In this document: in pieces, positions 1 through 9,530 of the stretch
Position numbering within the stretch: the stretch's first letter is position 1
How the letters are laid out: each line of letters begins with the position of its first letter
NCBI GenBank assembly: GCA_046329535.1
Contig: JAXLUN010000006.1
Coordinates: 72,429 to 136,428, forward strand
Direction: 5' to 3'
From: Chitinophagales bacterium
GTDB lineage: Bacteria > Bacteroidota > Bacteroidia > Chitinophagales > LD1
Length of the DNA stretch: 64,000 nucleotides
Made by a program: the position numbers and the translations under genes
Notes under the pieces: generated by a model
Told to the model about the DNA's origin: nothing
The model's input: only the letters and a program-made list of their open reading frames with translations
The model's database searches: none

Positions 1-3000
1 CTCTTCAAGTATTTGGTGATTAATTTTCTGATGTTTCGGGTTAACACCACTTCCTGTTGGTTTTCTACAAAATCTTCCGTTAACGGATTAACATCTTCAT
101 CTCTGATGAGTTGTCTTCCTTCCTGTAATTTGCCGAAAATGTAGTATAGCCCTGGAACCAGAATAACTCCGAAAACAGTGCCGAACAACATTCCTCCTAG
201 GGCAGATGCACCGATAGTATGGTTACCTACTGCTCCTGGCCCTGTAGCAATTACCAATGGAATAAGGCCAGCTATAAAGGCAAATGAAGTCATTAATATT
301 GGACGGAAACGAGCCTTAGAGCCCTCGATTGCGGCCTCAAGCACGGTTGCTCCCAGACGATGTTTTTGAACTGCAAATTCTACAATTAGTACCGCGTTTT
401 TACCGAGCAAACCGGTGAGCATAATCAGACCTACCTGTGCGTAAACATCGTTGGCAAGCCCCATAGCTTTTAGTAGCATGAAAGAACCGAATATACCAGG
501 TGGAACGGAAAGAAGTACGGCCAGCGGCAAGAGGAAACTTTCATACTGAGCTGCCAGAATTAGGTAAACGAAGAAGAGAACAACAATGAAAATGTAAAGT
601 GCTTCGTTCCCTCTTTTGGCCTCATCATACGAAAGACCTTCCCAGGCAATATCATATCCACGCGGTAAAGATTCTTTAGCCACTTCCTGTATGGCTTTAA
701 TGGCATCTCCGGATGAGTAACCGGGAGCAGGCGTTCCGTTAATCAAGGAAGAAATGTATAGGTTATATCGAGCGATTTCGTTTGGCCCCTGAGTCTTTTT
801 AATTTTCAAAAAGGAGGAGTAGGGAACCATTTCTCCTTGGTCGTTTTTGATAAACATGTTCAAAATATCCGATGGCTGCTTTCTGAATTCTGGCCCTGCT
901 TGGGTATATACCTTGTAGTAATTGTTAAAGCGAATAAACCCTTGCTCATAAGTACTACCAATCATGATGTTAAGGTTTTCCATGGCTGCTCCGATAGAAA
1001 CCCCCTTTTGCATGGCCAGAGCATTATCTATGAGCAATTCATATTGCGGGTATTTGGCAGAGTAGAACGCGAACAAACCACTCAATTCTTTCCTCTTCTT
1101 TAAAGCCTCCACAAACTCTTTGTTTACTCTATCAAACTCCTGATAATCTACATCGCTGCCTTTATCCAGTAAGCGCAGCGAAAAACCATCGGAGGTGCCA
1201 TAGCCGGGTACAGCAGGAGGTTCAAAATATTCAATATTGGCAGCAAGGTCTTTCGATTTTTCTTCCAGTTCAGCAATAATCTGTTTCACATTGTGTTTTC
1301 GTTCCGACCAATCTTTTAGATTTATCAAACAGGTTCCGGCATTGGAGCCTCTGCCTTCAGTGAGAATTTCGAAACCCGCTAAGGCCGTTACGGATTGAAC
1401 TCCCTCTACCTGTTTGGAAATAGCCTGAAGTTTTCTAGCTATTTCATTGGTTCTCTCGAGCGTGGTACCCGGAGGTGTTTGAATAATAGCGTAAATCTGT
1501 CCTTGGTCTTCATTAGGAATAAAACCGGCCGGTAGAATTTTATTAACTCCTACAATGCCAAAGGCAAAAGCGATCAGCATAGCATAGGTAACCACTCTTC
1601 GGTTTACAATCAACCTCAGTAGTCCGGTATATTTTCCAGTAACCTTCTCGAAACCTTTGTTAAACCAACCAAGGAAAATACTTATTGGGGTATTCTTCTT
1701 AGGGTGTCCGTGGGTGTTTTTCAAAAGTATGGCACATAATACAGGAGTAAGTGTTAGCGCCACAACACCCGATAAAATAATTGATGTTGCCATGGTAATG
1801 GAAAACTGACGATAAAGAACCCCTACCGGACCGCTCATAAATGCAACAGGAACAAACACAGCGGTCATGACCAAAGTGATGGCAATGATAGCTCCTCCAA
1901 TTTCACCAAGTGCTTTTAGTACGGCTTTGTAGGGCGATAAATTATCTTCCTCCATCTTTACATGCACTGCTTCTACAACTACTATGGCATTATCTACCAC
2001 AATACCAATAGCTAAAACTAAGGCAAACAGAGTTATCAGGTTAATACTTAACCCAAACATCTGCATGAATATAAATGTACCAATCAACGATACCGGTACC
2101 GCCAAAATAGGAATCAGCGTTGACCGCCAATCACCCAAGAAGATAAATACCACAATAGCTACCAGTATAAATGCTTCAATTAGGGTGTGAAGTACTTTCT
2201 CAATTGAAGCATTTACAAATTGTGACACATCGTAGTTGATCTCATAATCCATACCCGGAGGGAAATCCTTCTTCAACTCAACCAGCTTTGCCTTTACATC
2301 TTCAATTACTTTATTGGCATTACTACCCGGACTTTGTTTTAGTACAAGGGAGGCAGATGGATTACCATCTTTGTTTGAGTAGATGTCTACAAATTCGCTA
2401 CCTACCTCTACTTCGGCAACATCTTTTAATCTAAGTAATTCCCCATCCGGATTAGCGCGCACAATAATTTCTTTGTACTGTTCGGGTGTATTGTACCAAC
2501 CTTTATAAGTAAAGACATATTCCTGCGACTGGGCCGTTTTTCCTGAGCTTAACCCTACTCTGCCCGGTCTGGCTAAAACACTTTGCTCATCAATAGCTTT
2601 CAAAACATCTTCAGCTGAAATTTTGTAGGCCCGCATTCTCTCAGGGTTTAGCCAAACGCGTATGGCAAATGCACGGCTGCCTATTGCTTCGGCCATACCC
2701 ATTCCGCTTATCCGTTGAATTTCGGGTAGAATGTAGGTGTTGGCGTAATTGAATAAAAATTTCTCGTCCGTATTTTTGTTGGTGCTGTATAAGTTCAAAT
2801 ACATCAACATACTGGGCTGCAAGGGCTTAATGATTACACCTTCCCGTTGAACTAATGGAGGCAGGTTGGTCATAACCTGATCAACTCTTGATTTTACTCT
2901 GGCCGCTGCAAGTGTAGGGTCCGTACCAGGTTCAAATACAATATCAATACTAGCTTCACTTGCACTAGTGGCATCAGATAGGATGTACTGCATTCCCTGA

Positions 3001-3215
3001 ACACCATTGATGGCTCTTTCCAGAATAGTTAGGGTAGATTTTACTAATACATCTGCATTGGAACCAGGGAATTCAATGAAGATACTCACCCGTGGTGGAG
3101 CTATTTCCGGAAATTGAGCTACCGGTGTTGTTGTGATCGCTAATAATCCAAGGAAAACTATTCCAATGGATATGGCTAAGGCAAGAACCGGCCTTTGAAT
3201 AAATTTATTAAACAT
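1..3215 (-). CDS. efflux RND transporter permease subunit (AcrB/HAE1-like); C-terminal end runs off the left edge
   Basis: Absent from the ORF track because there is no stop inside the window. Manual reverse translation from CAT at 3213-3215 gives MFNKFIQRPVLALAISIGIVFLGLLAITTTPVAQFPEIAPPRVSI..., a canonical RND permease N-terminus. It lies 23 nt downstream of the adaptor gene. Confidence 0.9.
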   Translation of the reverse strand, partial: MFNKFIQRPVLALAISIGIVFLGLLAITTTPVAQFPEIAPPRVSIFIEFPGSNADVLVKSTLTILERAINGVQGMQYILSDATSASEASIDIVFEPGTDPTLAAARVKSRVDQVMTNLPPLVQREGVIIKPLQPSMLMYLNLYSTNKNTDEKFLFNYANTYILPEIQRISGMGMAEAIGSRAFAIRVWLNPERMRAYKISAEDVLKAIDEQSVLARPGRVGLSSGKTAQSQEYVFTYKGWYNTPEQYKEIIVRANPDGELLRLKDVAEVEVGSEFVDIYSNKDGNPSASLVLKQSPGSNANKVIEDVKAKLVELKKDFPPGMDYEINYDVSQFVNASIEKVLHTLIEAFILVAIVVFIFLGDWRSTLIPILAVPVSLIGTFIFMQMFGLSINLITLFALVLAIGIVVDNAIVVVEAVHVKMEEDNLSPYKAVLKALGEIGGAIIAITLVMTAVFVPVAFMSGPVGVLYRQFSITMATSIILSGVVALTLTPVLCAILLKNTHGHPKKNTPISIFLGWFNKGFEKVTGKYTGLLRLIVNRRVVTYAMLIAFAFGIVGVNKILPAGFIPNEDQGQIYAIIQTPPGTTLERTNEIARKLQAISKQVEGVQSVTALAGFEILTEGRGSNAGTCLINLKDWSERKHNVKQIIAELEEKSKDLAANIEYFEPPAVPGYGTSDGFSLRLLDKGSDVDYQEFDRVNKEFVEALKKRKELSGLFAFYSAKYPQYELLIDNALAMQKGVSIGAAMENLNIMIGSTYEQGFIRFNNYYKVYTQAGPEFRKQPSDILNMFIKNDQGEMVPYSSFLKIKKTQGPNEIARYNLYISSLINGTPAPGYSSGDAIKAIQEVAKESLPRGYDIAWEGLSYDEAKRGNEALYIFIVVLFFVYLILAAQYESFLLPLAVLLSVPPGIFGSFMLLKAMGLANDVYAQVGLIMLTGLLGKNAVLIVEFAVQKHRLGATVLEAAIEGSKARFRPILMTSFAFIAGLIPLVIATGPGAVGNHTIGASALGGMLFGTVFGVILVPGLYYIFGKLQEGRQLIRDEDVNPLTEDFVENQQEVVLTRNIRKLITKYLK

Positions 3216-3238
3216 GGCTATTAGTTTTTTGTTCCTGC

Positions 3239-4324
3239 CTATTCGGCATGTAAATTATTTAAGTCGGAGAATGCCTTTTCTGCAGGCACAAATTCACTTT
3301 CTATTTTCTCATTGTTTTTCACTTTACCTAAACCTTCCAAAAGAATTTTGTCGGTCGCACTTAATCCTGCGCTTACAACGTATATGTGAGGCATTTCCTG
3401 GGCCACAGTAATTTGTTTTGATGTCAACACGCCTTTATCATCTACTACATATACATACTTCTTGTCCAGAATATCAAAGGTTGATTTTTGAGGAATCAGA
3501 ATTGCATCTTTAAGGTAGGTAGGCATAAGAATGGTCCCGGTTTCACCATGTCTCAGTATTTGTTTCGGGTTAGGGAAGGTTGCCCGAAAGGCTATGTTAC
3601 CTGTTTCATTATTAAAATCGGCCTCGATAGTTTCTACCGTACCCTGATTTTCAAAAATCTCATTGTTAGCCATCTTCAGTTTGACTTTTTGCTGGCCTTC
3701 TTTTTTAGCTCGTGTTATGTAGTCCAGATATTCTGCCTCGGGGACATTAAAGTAAACCCACATTTTACTATTATCTGAAAGTGTACTGAGTAATGCCCCT
3801 TCATCTATCAGACTACCCAGACGCTCGTAAAAGCGATCCATAATGCCATTAAACGGGGCACGTATTTCGGTGAAGGATAAATGGGCTTGCGTTAGTGCCA
3901 GTTCTGCTTTTTCTTTATCCAGTGTGGCTTTTGCCAGAGCCAGCTCATTTTTAGAAACCACATTGCTATCTGCCAGGTTCTTGGTGTTTTGGTATTCAAT
4001 TTCTGCAAAATTTACATTGGCCTGGGCTTTCTGCATTTCTGCCTGATAAATAGTGGGCATTATCTGAAACATCAGCTGGCCTTTCTTTACAAACTGACCC
4101 TCATCCACGTATATGTTCTGCAGGTAGCCTTTCTCCTGCGATCTCAACTCAATGTGGTTATAGGCATGAATTTGACACACATAATCTTTATAAATCATGG
4201 TGTCTACTTGCATCGGATTGGTCACCAGAAACTTGGCTTCCTCCTCTTTTTCTTGTTTTTCATGATTACAGCCTGTAAACAACAATACGGTTGTAAAGCT
4301 CAGGAGAATTAGTATCCTCTTCAT
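3239..4324 (-). CDS. efflux RND transporter periplasmic adaptor (membrane fusion protein) lipoprotein
   Basis: 361-aa ORF with a lipoprotein signal (LLFTGC), coiled-coil hairpin region and an IRAPFNG motif typical of AcrA/HlyD-family adaptors. Co-directional with the RND permease. Confidence 0.9.
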   Translation of the reverse strand: MKRILILLSFTTVLLFTGCNHEKQEKEEEAKFLVTNPMQVDTMIYKDYVCQIHAYNHIELRSQEKGYLQNIYVDEGQFVKKGQLMFQIMPTIYQAEMQKAQANVNFAEIEYQNTKNLADSNVVSKNELALAKATLDKEKAELALTQAHLSFTEIRAPFNGIMDRFYERLGSLIDEGALLSTLSDNSKMWVYFNVPEAEYLDYITRAKKEGQQKVKLKMANNEIFENQGTVETIEADFNNETGNIAFRATFPNPKQILRHGETGTILMPTYLKDAILIPQKSTFDILDKKYVYVVDDKGVLTSKQITVAQEMPHIYVVSAGLSATDKILLEGLGKVKNNEKIESEFVPAEKAFSDLNNLHAE

Positions 4325-4442
4325 TTAAGATATTGATTTAGTGGTGAATAATTAATAGAGAGATGCATCGCTCAAACCGAACGAATGCAATGAGGGCAGC
4401 GCTTTGCCACAGAGGAGTAACAAAGTGCTAAAAAAACAGAAC

Positions 4443-4943
4443 TCAGGAGATAAAACTCTTCCAGGAATGGTAGAGAATAAAGAAAGGTATCCTCGGTCCG
4501 TTTTGTTCGGAGAAGGATGTTTGGTCAAATCTATTTCTAACAAAGGTAATTGTGAATAGCCGTTTTATGGAGATATTGGCCGCTAATGGATTCCAATCGT
4601 CATCCAGGTCGTCATCTAAATCCTCTTCTAATTCATTATCATCAGCACCTTTCTGTCCGGGTGTTGATGGCAAAGCATCAAAAGGTAAATGCAACTCAAA
4701 CTTATGGTCAGAAGTGGAAGAACTTAAAATCGGTAAGGAAATAAATCGGTAGGCTTGCTGGTCCGTTGGGTCGCAGTTAGCTGCAAATAATGATGGTTGT
4801 TGTTTGGTAAACAAAAACGCAAAAACAAGTGCCAGAGAGTATTTTAGCAATAATGTAACTACCGATTTCGGTTTCACAACAGCCGTAAAATAGTTTCTTG
4901 AGAAGAGCATTTGGATTTGCAACAATACGAAAGCAATCGGCAA
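4443..4943 (-). CDS. hypothetical protein with hydrophobic N-terminus and acidic tract (DDNELEEDLDDDLDDDW)
   Basis: ORF only, with no family recognised. An alternative start is at 4910 (MLFSRNYF). It sits 118 nt upstream of the RND adaptor gene. Confidence 0.3.
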   Translation of the reverse strand: MPIAFVLLQIQMLFSRNYFTAVVKPKSVVTLLLKYSLALVFAFLFTKQQPSLFAANCDPTDQQAYRFISLPILSSSTSDHKFELHLPFDALPSTPGQKGADDNELEEDLDDDLDDDWNPLAANISIKRLFTITFVRNRFDQTSFSEQNGPRIPFFILYHSWKSFIS

Positions 4944-5122
4944 TGTTTCAGCAGATAACTTTTTTTAATAAACATGGGAAGGGAGGGAATTGAATTTATA
5001 ATGGCAGTTGTATCAAATGTTTATTACCAAATCAATAAATTTGACAAAATTGTAACGATTTCCTTAATCCTGTAGCCAATCTATTATGCACTAAGGATAA
5101 TCCGTTTTATTCGTCTAACTGT

Positions 5123-5605
5123 ATGGAAATTCATTCTTTTCCTCCTATTGCTGATGCCAATAGTCGGATACTGATATTGGGCACCATGCCAGGGCAGGAT
5201 TCGCTCAGGCAGCAGCAATATTATGCTCACCCGCGCAACGCCTTTTGGCCAATCATATTTAAGCTTTTTGACCAGGTTTATACGGATAGCTATAGTGTTA
5301 AACAACAAGTTTTACTTAGCCGGCATATCGCTTTGTGGGATACGCTGCAATCTTGTGTTCGTTCTTCAAGTCTGGATTCAGATATTCAGCTAGAAAAGCC
5401 AAATCAACTAAATGATTTTCTTCGGGAGCATCATTTCATTTCGCATATCTTCTTTAACGGACAAAAGGCGGCTCAGTTTTTCAAAAAGTATGCTGTTGAT
5501 GTGCAACTGCCTCAAACCATATTGCCTTCTACAAGTCCTGCTCATGCCATTAGCTTTTCAGATAAACTTAATCGCTGGTCTATTATTAAAACTTATACTG
5601 ATTAG
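5123..5605 (+). CDS. DNA-deoxyinosine (hypoxanthine) glycosylase, uracil-DNA glycosylase family 6
   Basis: 160 aa. The N-terminal SRILILGTMPGQDSLRQQQYYAHPRNAFW matches the family-6 UDG signature (LILGS.PS..SL....YY.HP.N.FW). Confidence 0.75.
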   Translation: MEIHSFPPIADANSRILILGTMPGQDSLRQQQYYAHPRNAFWPIIFKLFDQVYTDSYSVKQQVLLSRHIALWDTLQSCVRSSSLDSDIQLEKPNQLNDFLREHHFISHIFFNGQKAAQFFKKYAVDVQLPQTILPSTSPAHAISFSDKLNRWSIIKTYTD

Positions 5606-5680
5606 TCGGATTCGATAGCCAACTTTTCCAGTTGATAAATGGAAATTTTTGAAATTAGCGGTTTTCAAAAATCTAATTGT

Positions 5681-6019
5681 ATGCGAACCATTGCTTTGCT
5701 GATTGCCAGTAATGTCTTTATGACTTTTGCGTGGTATGGCAATTTACGCTTTAAAGAACTTGCTTTGTGGAAAGCTATTCTCATAAGCTGGGGCGTTGCA
5801 TTTTTCGAATACTGCCTGATGGTCCCGGCAAATCGTGGAGGCTACTTTGACGGTACCTTTTCAGCAGCTCAATTAAAAATCATTCAGGAAGCCATAACGC
5901 TGGTTGTGTTTGCTCTGTTCTCTGTATTTTATTTAAAAGAAGGAATGAAATGGAATTACGCAGTTAGTTTCTTCTTTATTATGTGTGCGGTATTCTTCGC
6001 ATTTCGAAAATTTGATTGA
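5681..6019 (+). CDS. DMT-superfamily small membrane protein (DUF486-like)
   Basis: The ORF track starts at 5639. I prefer Met at 5681 (MRTIALLIASNVFMTFAWYGNLRF), which gives a ~112-aa four-TM protein typical of this family. Confidence 0.7.
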   Translation: MRTIALLIASNVFMTFAWYGNLRFKELALWKAILISWGVAFFEYCLMVPANRGGYFDGTFSAAQLKIIQEAITLVVFALFSVFYLKEGMKWNYAVSFFFIMCAVFFAFRKFD

Positions 6020-6101
6020 TGTTTTTTCAAAATAATTAGCATTCATCTTCGTCATCCCTTCTATATTTACACCATTAAACAATAAATAATAACCTTAACT
6101 A

Positions 6102-6902
6102 ATGAGAACAAATCACGAGATTGATTATCGTATTTTCGGAGAAGAAATGCAGTGTGTTGAAATTGAACTGGATCCTCAGGAAACTGTAGTAGCCGAGTCG
6201 GGTGCATTCATGTATAAAGATCAGGCTATTCAAATGCAAACCATTTTTGGTGATGGCAGCGGGAATGGAGGTGGAGGCCTGATGGGAAAACTGCTGGGAG
6301 CTGGTAAGCGATTATTGACAGGCGAAAGTCTCTTTATGACTGCTTTCTCGCATATGGGAAACGGCAAGGCCCGTGTTGCTTTTGCATCGCCTTATCCAGG
6401 TAAAATTATTCCTATGGATTTGCAGCAAATGGGTGGTAAAGTAATTTGTCAGAAAGATGCATTTTTATGTGCAGCCAAAGGAGTGAGCGTGGGAATAGAT
6501 TTTCAAAAGCGCTTAGGCACAGGGTTGTTTGGCGGAGAAGGATTCATTATGCAGAAACTGGAAGGTGATGGCCTCGCTTTTGTTCATGCAGGGGGACATA
6601 TTATTGAAAGAGAGCTGGCTCCCGGAGAAACATTACATATTGATACAGGTTGTGTGGTAGCTTATACCAAAGACATAGACTTTGACGTACAAATGGTAGG
6701 GGGAATCAAGAATACTCTCTTTGGAGGAGAAGGCTTTTTCTTTGCCGTACTTCGAGGCCCCGGAAAGGTGTGGTTACAAACTTTACCTATTTCACGCCTA
6801 GCTTCCCGTATTTACCAATATGCTCCTCAAACCGGTGGAAGAAAAGAGGAGGGTAGTCTTTTAGGTGGTTTGGGTAATCTGTTAGACGGAGACGGGTTTT
6901 AA
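6102..6902 (+). CDS. TIGR00266/AIM24 family protein
   Basis: 266 aa. The [20 protein letters not shown]...ESGAFMY start and glycine-rich C-terminal tail are typical of the AIM24/DUF124 family. Confidence 0.8.
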   Translation: MRTNHEIDYRIFGEEMQCVEIELDPQETVVAESGAFMYKDQAIQMQTIFGDGSGNGGGGLMGKLLGAGKRLLTGESLFMTAFSHMGNGKARVAFASPYPGKIIPMDLQQMGGKVICQKDAFLCAAKGVSVGIDFQKRLGTGLFGGEGFIMQKLEGDGLAFVHAGGHIIERELAPGETLHIDTGCVVAYTKDIDFDVQMVGGIKNTLFGGEGFFFAVLRGPGKVWLQTLPISRLASRIYQYAPQTGGRKEEGSLLGGLGNLLDGDGF

Positions 6903-6919
6903 TAAAACTTAGGTACAAT

Positions 6920-6958
6920 AAAAAAAGGCGCAGAAATATCTTCCTGCGCCTTTTTTTT
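6920..6958. terminator. bidirectional rho-independent terminator between convergent genes
   Basis: GGCGCAG (6927-6933) pairs with CTGCGCC (6944-6950). It is flanked by an A-tract on the left and T8 on the right. Confidence 0.7.
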
Positions 6959-6969
6959 GGGTTGTAAGA

Positions 6970-7824
6970 TTATTCAATAATTATTTTTTCAGTACTTACC
7001 CGGGTTCCATTTCTTATATGCAAAAGATAGATACCCGAAGCCAACCCATTCAAATGGAAACTCCTATTAAATTTACTCTCGTTAGTTCCGCTAAACATAT
7101 TTTTTACCAACTGCCCATGTTGAGTAAATAAATTCACTTCCACAGTGTTACAATTAGTGGTTGAAAAGGACAGCGTAAGATAATTCTTAACCGGATTAGG
7201 GAATACGTTCAGGTTGCTTATTGGTTCGTTGGGGCCTAAGCTGTTAACAAGCGGATGAATAGTAACACTGCCTTTATATACTGTATCATTGGTTGATTCA
7301 TTATTACTATCGGCCGCAACAAACGAGTAATAGAAAGTAATATCACCAATCACATTATTAGGAGAGAGCCAGCTAAAAGTCCAGTTTTTAAAGGAAGATG
7401 CATCCTTATGTCCGATGTACGTAATTGGCGTTGAGAGCAATGAGGTATTGGTGGTATTGATTAGAGATAGAGAACCTGCATTCTGGTTAGAACTACTCAA
7501 CGCACTTAACTGAAATCCGAATCTTTTGCCAGTCACTTGTGGTGAAAAAGACAGAGTATAGTTTTTATTAAGGTCGTATTCAAAAGTATTAAGCAGTGAA
7601 TCTGGTGATGTTTCTCCGATTTTTATCTCAGCCAGCGCGTCACCGTTCATCAAAGCACTACCCGAATGGCATTGAGCGCATGTTTGTCCCGGTGGTATAG
7701 AAGTTGGATTTCCATTATTACCGGCTGGAGGTAAACTTACTTTGGATATAACAGGATTTAAAAAAAGTGAGCTGATAAAGATAACTAAGCTGGCTACGGA
7801 AAGCCATCTGTTCGTTCGTGACAT
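6970..7824 (-). CDS. secreted protein with N-terminal CxxCH motif and T9SS type-A C-terminal sorting domain
   Basis: 284 aa with a signal-like N-terminus and C49-A-Q-C52-H53. The beta-rich middle is possibly DOMON/reeler-like (not verified). C-terminal NVFPNPVKNYLTLSF...GIYLLHIRNG...KIIIE is a Por secretion tail. Confidence 0.8.
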   Translation of the reverse strand: MSRTNRWLSVASLVIFISSLFLNPVISKVSLPPAGNNGNPTSIPPGQTCAQCHSGSALMNGDALAEIKIGETSPDSLLNTFEYDLNKNYTLSFSPQVTGKRFGFQLSALSSSNQNAGSLSLINTTNTSLLSTPITYIGHKDASSFKNWTFSWLSPNNVIGDITFYYSFVAADSNNESTNDTVYKGSVTIHPLVNSLGPNEPISNLNVFPNPVKNYLTLSFSTTNCNTVEVNLFTQHGQLVKNMFSGTNESKFNRSFHLNGLASGIYLLHIRNGTRVSTEKIIIE

Positions 7825-7838
7825 GAAATGACTTTTAA

Positions 7839-9485
7839 TTATCGTTGCAAAATAACTTTACCAGTTGCTGTTACCTCTCCGTTGTTCTGTAATTTATAGA
7901 TATAGCAGCCATTAGGAAGGTTTTCCATTCGAACTTTCATAACACCACCACTAATGTCATAGCTACTCCCCGCTTTGTTTCCTAGTAAATCATACAACTG
8001 CAATGTAACATTTTGCAAATTAATGGTTTCCTTTAGCTCAATATAAGCTACATTATTAACCGGATTAGGATAAAATTTAAGGTAACTATCCGTATATGTA
8101 TCTTCGCTTACTCCCGATGGGAATTCTGATTTATAGTAAACAATAAACGTCACATACATCTCATCATTGGTTGTAAGTCCGAAACCAACCCAGCCGGGTC
8201 CATTGTTTCTGAAAGTTGCTTCATGAATCAGACCTTTACGCAAGTCAACCTGAAGAGGAGGTGAAAATTGCCGATATGGTGGGTTATCCCAAATGTAGAC
8301 ACCTTGGTTAAAAGTATATGATGCATCATAATGCCCATCGTATATCAAAGTATCTTTGGTTCCATTAGCGTTTCGCAGCCATACATTATACTCTTTTCCC
8401 AATTTATGAGTATGTGCTTGCATTGAAATAATGTTCCAATAGAATGCAGAATCGGGCTCAAATTGATTAATGGTAAAAGTAGTGTCATGTCCAAAATCAG
8501 GAATAATTAAATCTCCCACCTGATCACCTCCATAGCGAATTTGGGCGGTTTTTATAGGAATGACGCTAGCTTGATGGGGCTGATAGTAAATGTTCATGTA
8601 CGCTTCAGCAGCTATGATGGAATCGTTGTAGTTAATTAGGTGATAAGTAATACTAACTACCGAATTGCTGTCAAAAAGATATCCGGTTCCTGCTGGGTAA
8701 TGTAAATCAATATCGTTTGGCCACTGAGCAATAACATCGGCATGGTAAAAAAGAGCTGCTTCATCACCAATCCCGTTTACTTTGTGCATTCCACTTGTAA
8801 ATAGCGTATCGTGACCTTCATAAAATTTATAAACTGCAAAGTGATGAGACTCTTCGTTCTCCGTAACATTCATACGGGTTACATCGGCCGTAACCGGGTT
8901 TCTTACTTTGAATTTATTGCTGTATTCCACCTCTCTTCCGGAGGTTAGAAATAAAGGCCCCCAGTAGAGTTGAACTCCTTCATTGGCTGCCGGTGGAGCA
9001 AGTGTTTGAATTCGGGGCTGACCGCCTTGACCAACGTAAAAATCAATAATAGTCTGTTCGTTTACTAGGATCCCGGTATCTTTTGCTTCAAACAAAATCC
9101 ATTGGCGAATCATTTCCCGTTCGGTTTCGGTAAGTGAAGTAAGACCGTTAGGCATGGCAACTCCCTCATTGATATCTAGACTAAGATTGGCATCCAGACC
9201 ATGATTTACTTTTTTGAAGAGAAAGCTGTTTCTCGGATCGCCAGGGTCTACCAACTTAAGTCCTTTGGCTGCGGCCGCAGTATTGCTTGGTGTTACATTA
9301 TAAAGCGCATTATAAACGGCTTGTTCAGTTCCGGTTAAATCAAGGCTGCCCGAATAAACAGATGAAGTGTGACAAGCACCTGTACAATTCGCTTGCAGAA
9401 TTGTATAAACACGATTAAAAGTAGATTGTGTGAAAGCGTAAGTTGACAGAAAGGCTGTAAATATAACTGTGTAAAATATTTTCAT
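7839..9485 (-). CDS. PHM/DBH-like copper type II monooxygenase domain protein with T9SS type-A sorting domain
   Basis: I prefer Met at 9485 (MKIFYTVIFTAFLSTYAFTQ signal). The motifs ESHHFAVYKF, ITYHLINY, MQAHTHKLGK and TNDEMYVTFIVYY reproduce the CuH/CuM ligand motifs of peptidylglycine alpha-hydroxylating monooxygenase. The C-terminal FYPNPVNN...GKVILQR is a T9SS tail. Confidence 0.8.
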   Translation of the reverse strand: MKIFYTVIFTAFLSTYAFTQSTFNRVYTILQANCTGACHTSSVYSGSLDLTGTEQAVYNALYNVTPSNTAAAAKGLKLVDPGDPRNSFLFKKVNHGLDANLSLDINEGVAMPNGLTSLTETEREMIRQWILFEAKDTGILVNEQTIIDFYVGQGGQPRIQTLAPPAANEGVQLYWGPLFLTSGREVEYSNKFKVRNPVTADVTRMNVTENEESHHFAVYKFYEGHDTLFTSGMHKVNGIGDEAALFYHADVIAQWPNDIDLHYPAGTGYLFDSNSVVSITYHLINYNDSIIAAEAYMNIYYQPHQASVIPIKTAQIRYGGDQVGDLIIPDFGHDTTFTINQFEPDSAFYWNIISMQAHTHKLGKEYNVWLRNANGTKDTLIYDGHYDASYTFNQGVYIWDNPPYRQFSPPLQVDLRKGLIHEATFRNNGPGWVGFGLTTNDEMYVTFIVYYKSEFPSGVSEDTYTDSYLKFYPNPVNNVAYIELKETINLQNVTLQLYDLLGNKAGSSYDISGGVMKVRMENLPNGCYIYKLQNNGEVTATGKVILQR

Positions 9486-9530
9486 GCAATATGGTTTTAG
9501 ACTATATCTTGCGAACAAAATAATACTATT

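Noticed and set aside
4352-4543. 63-aa minus-strand ORF between the RND adaptor gene and the 166-aa hypothetical
   Set aside because: It overlaps the 4443-4943 ORF and has no recognisable features, so it is likely spurious.
9369-9386. C-T-G-A-C-H near the N-terminus of the monooxygenase as a canonical haem c site
   Set aside because: It is Cx3CH, not CxxCH. Such variants exist, but haem attachment cannot be claimed from sequence. It is kept only as context in the main finding.
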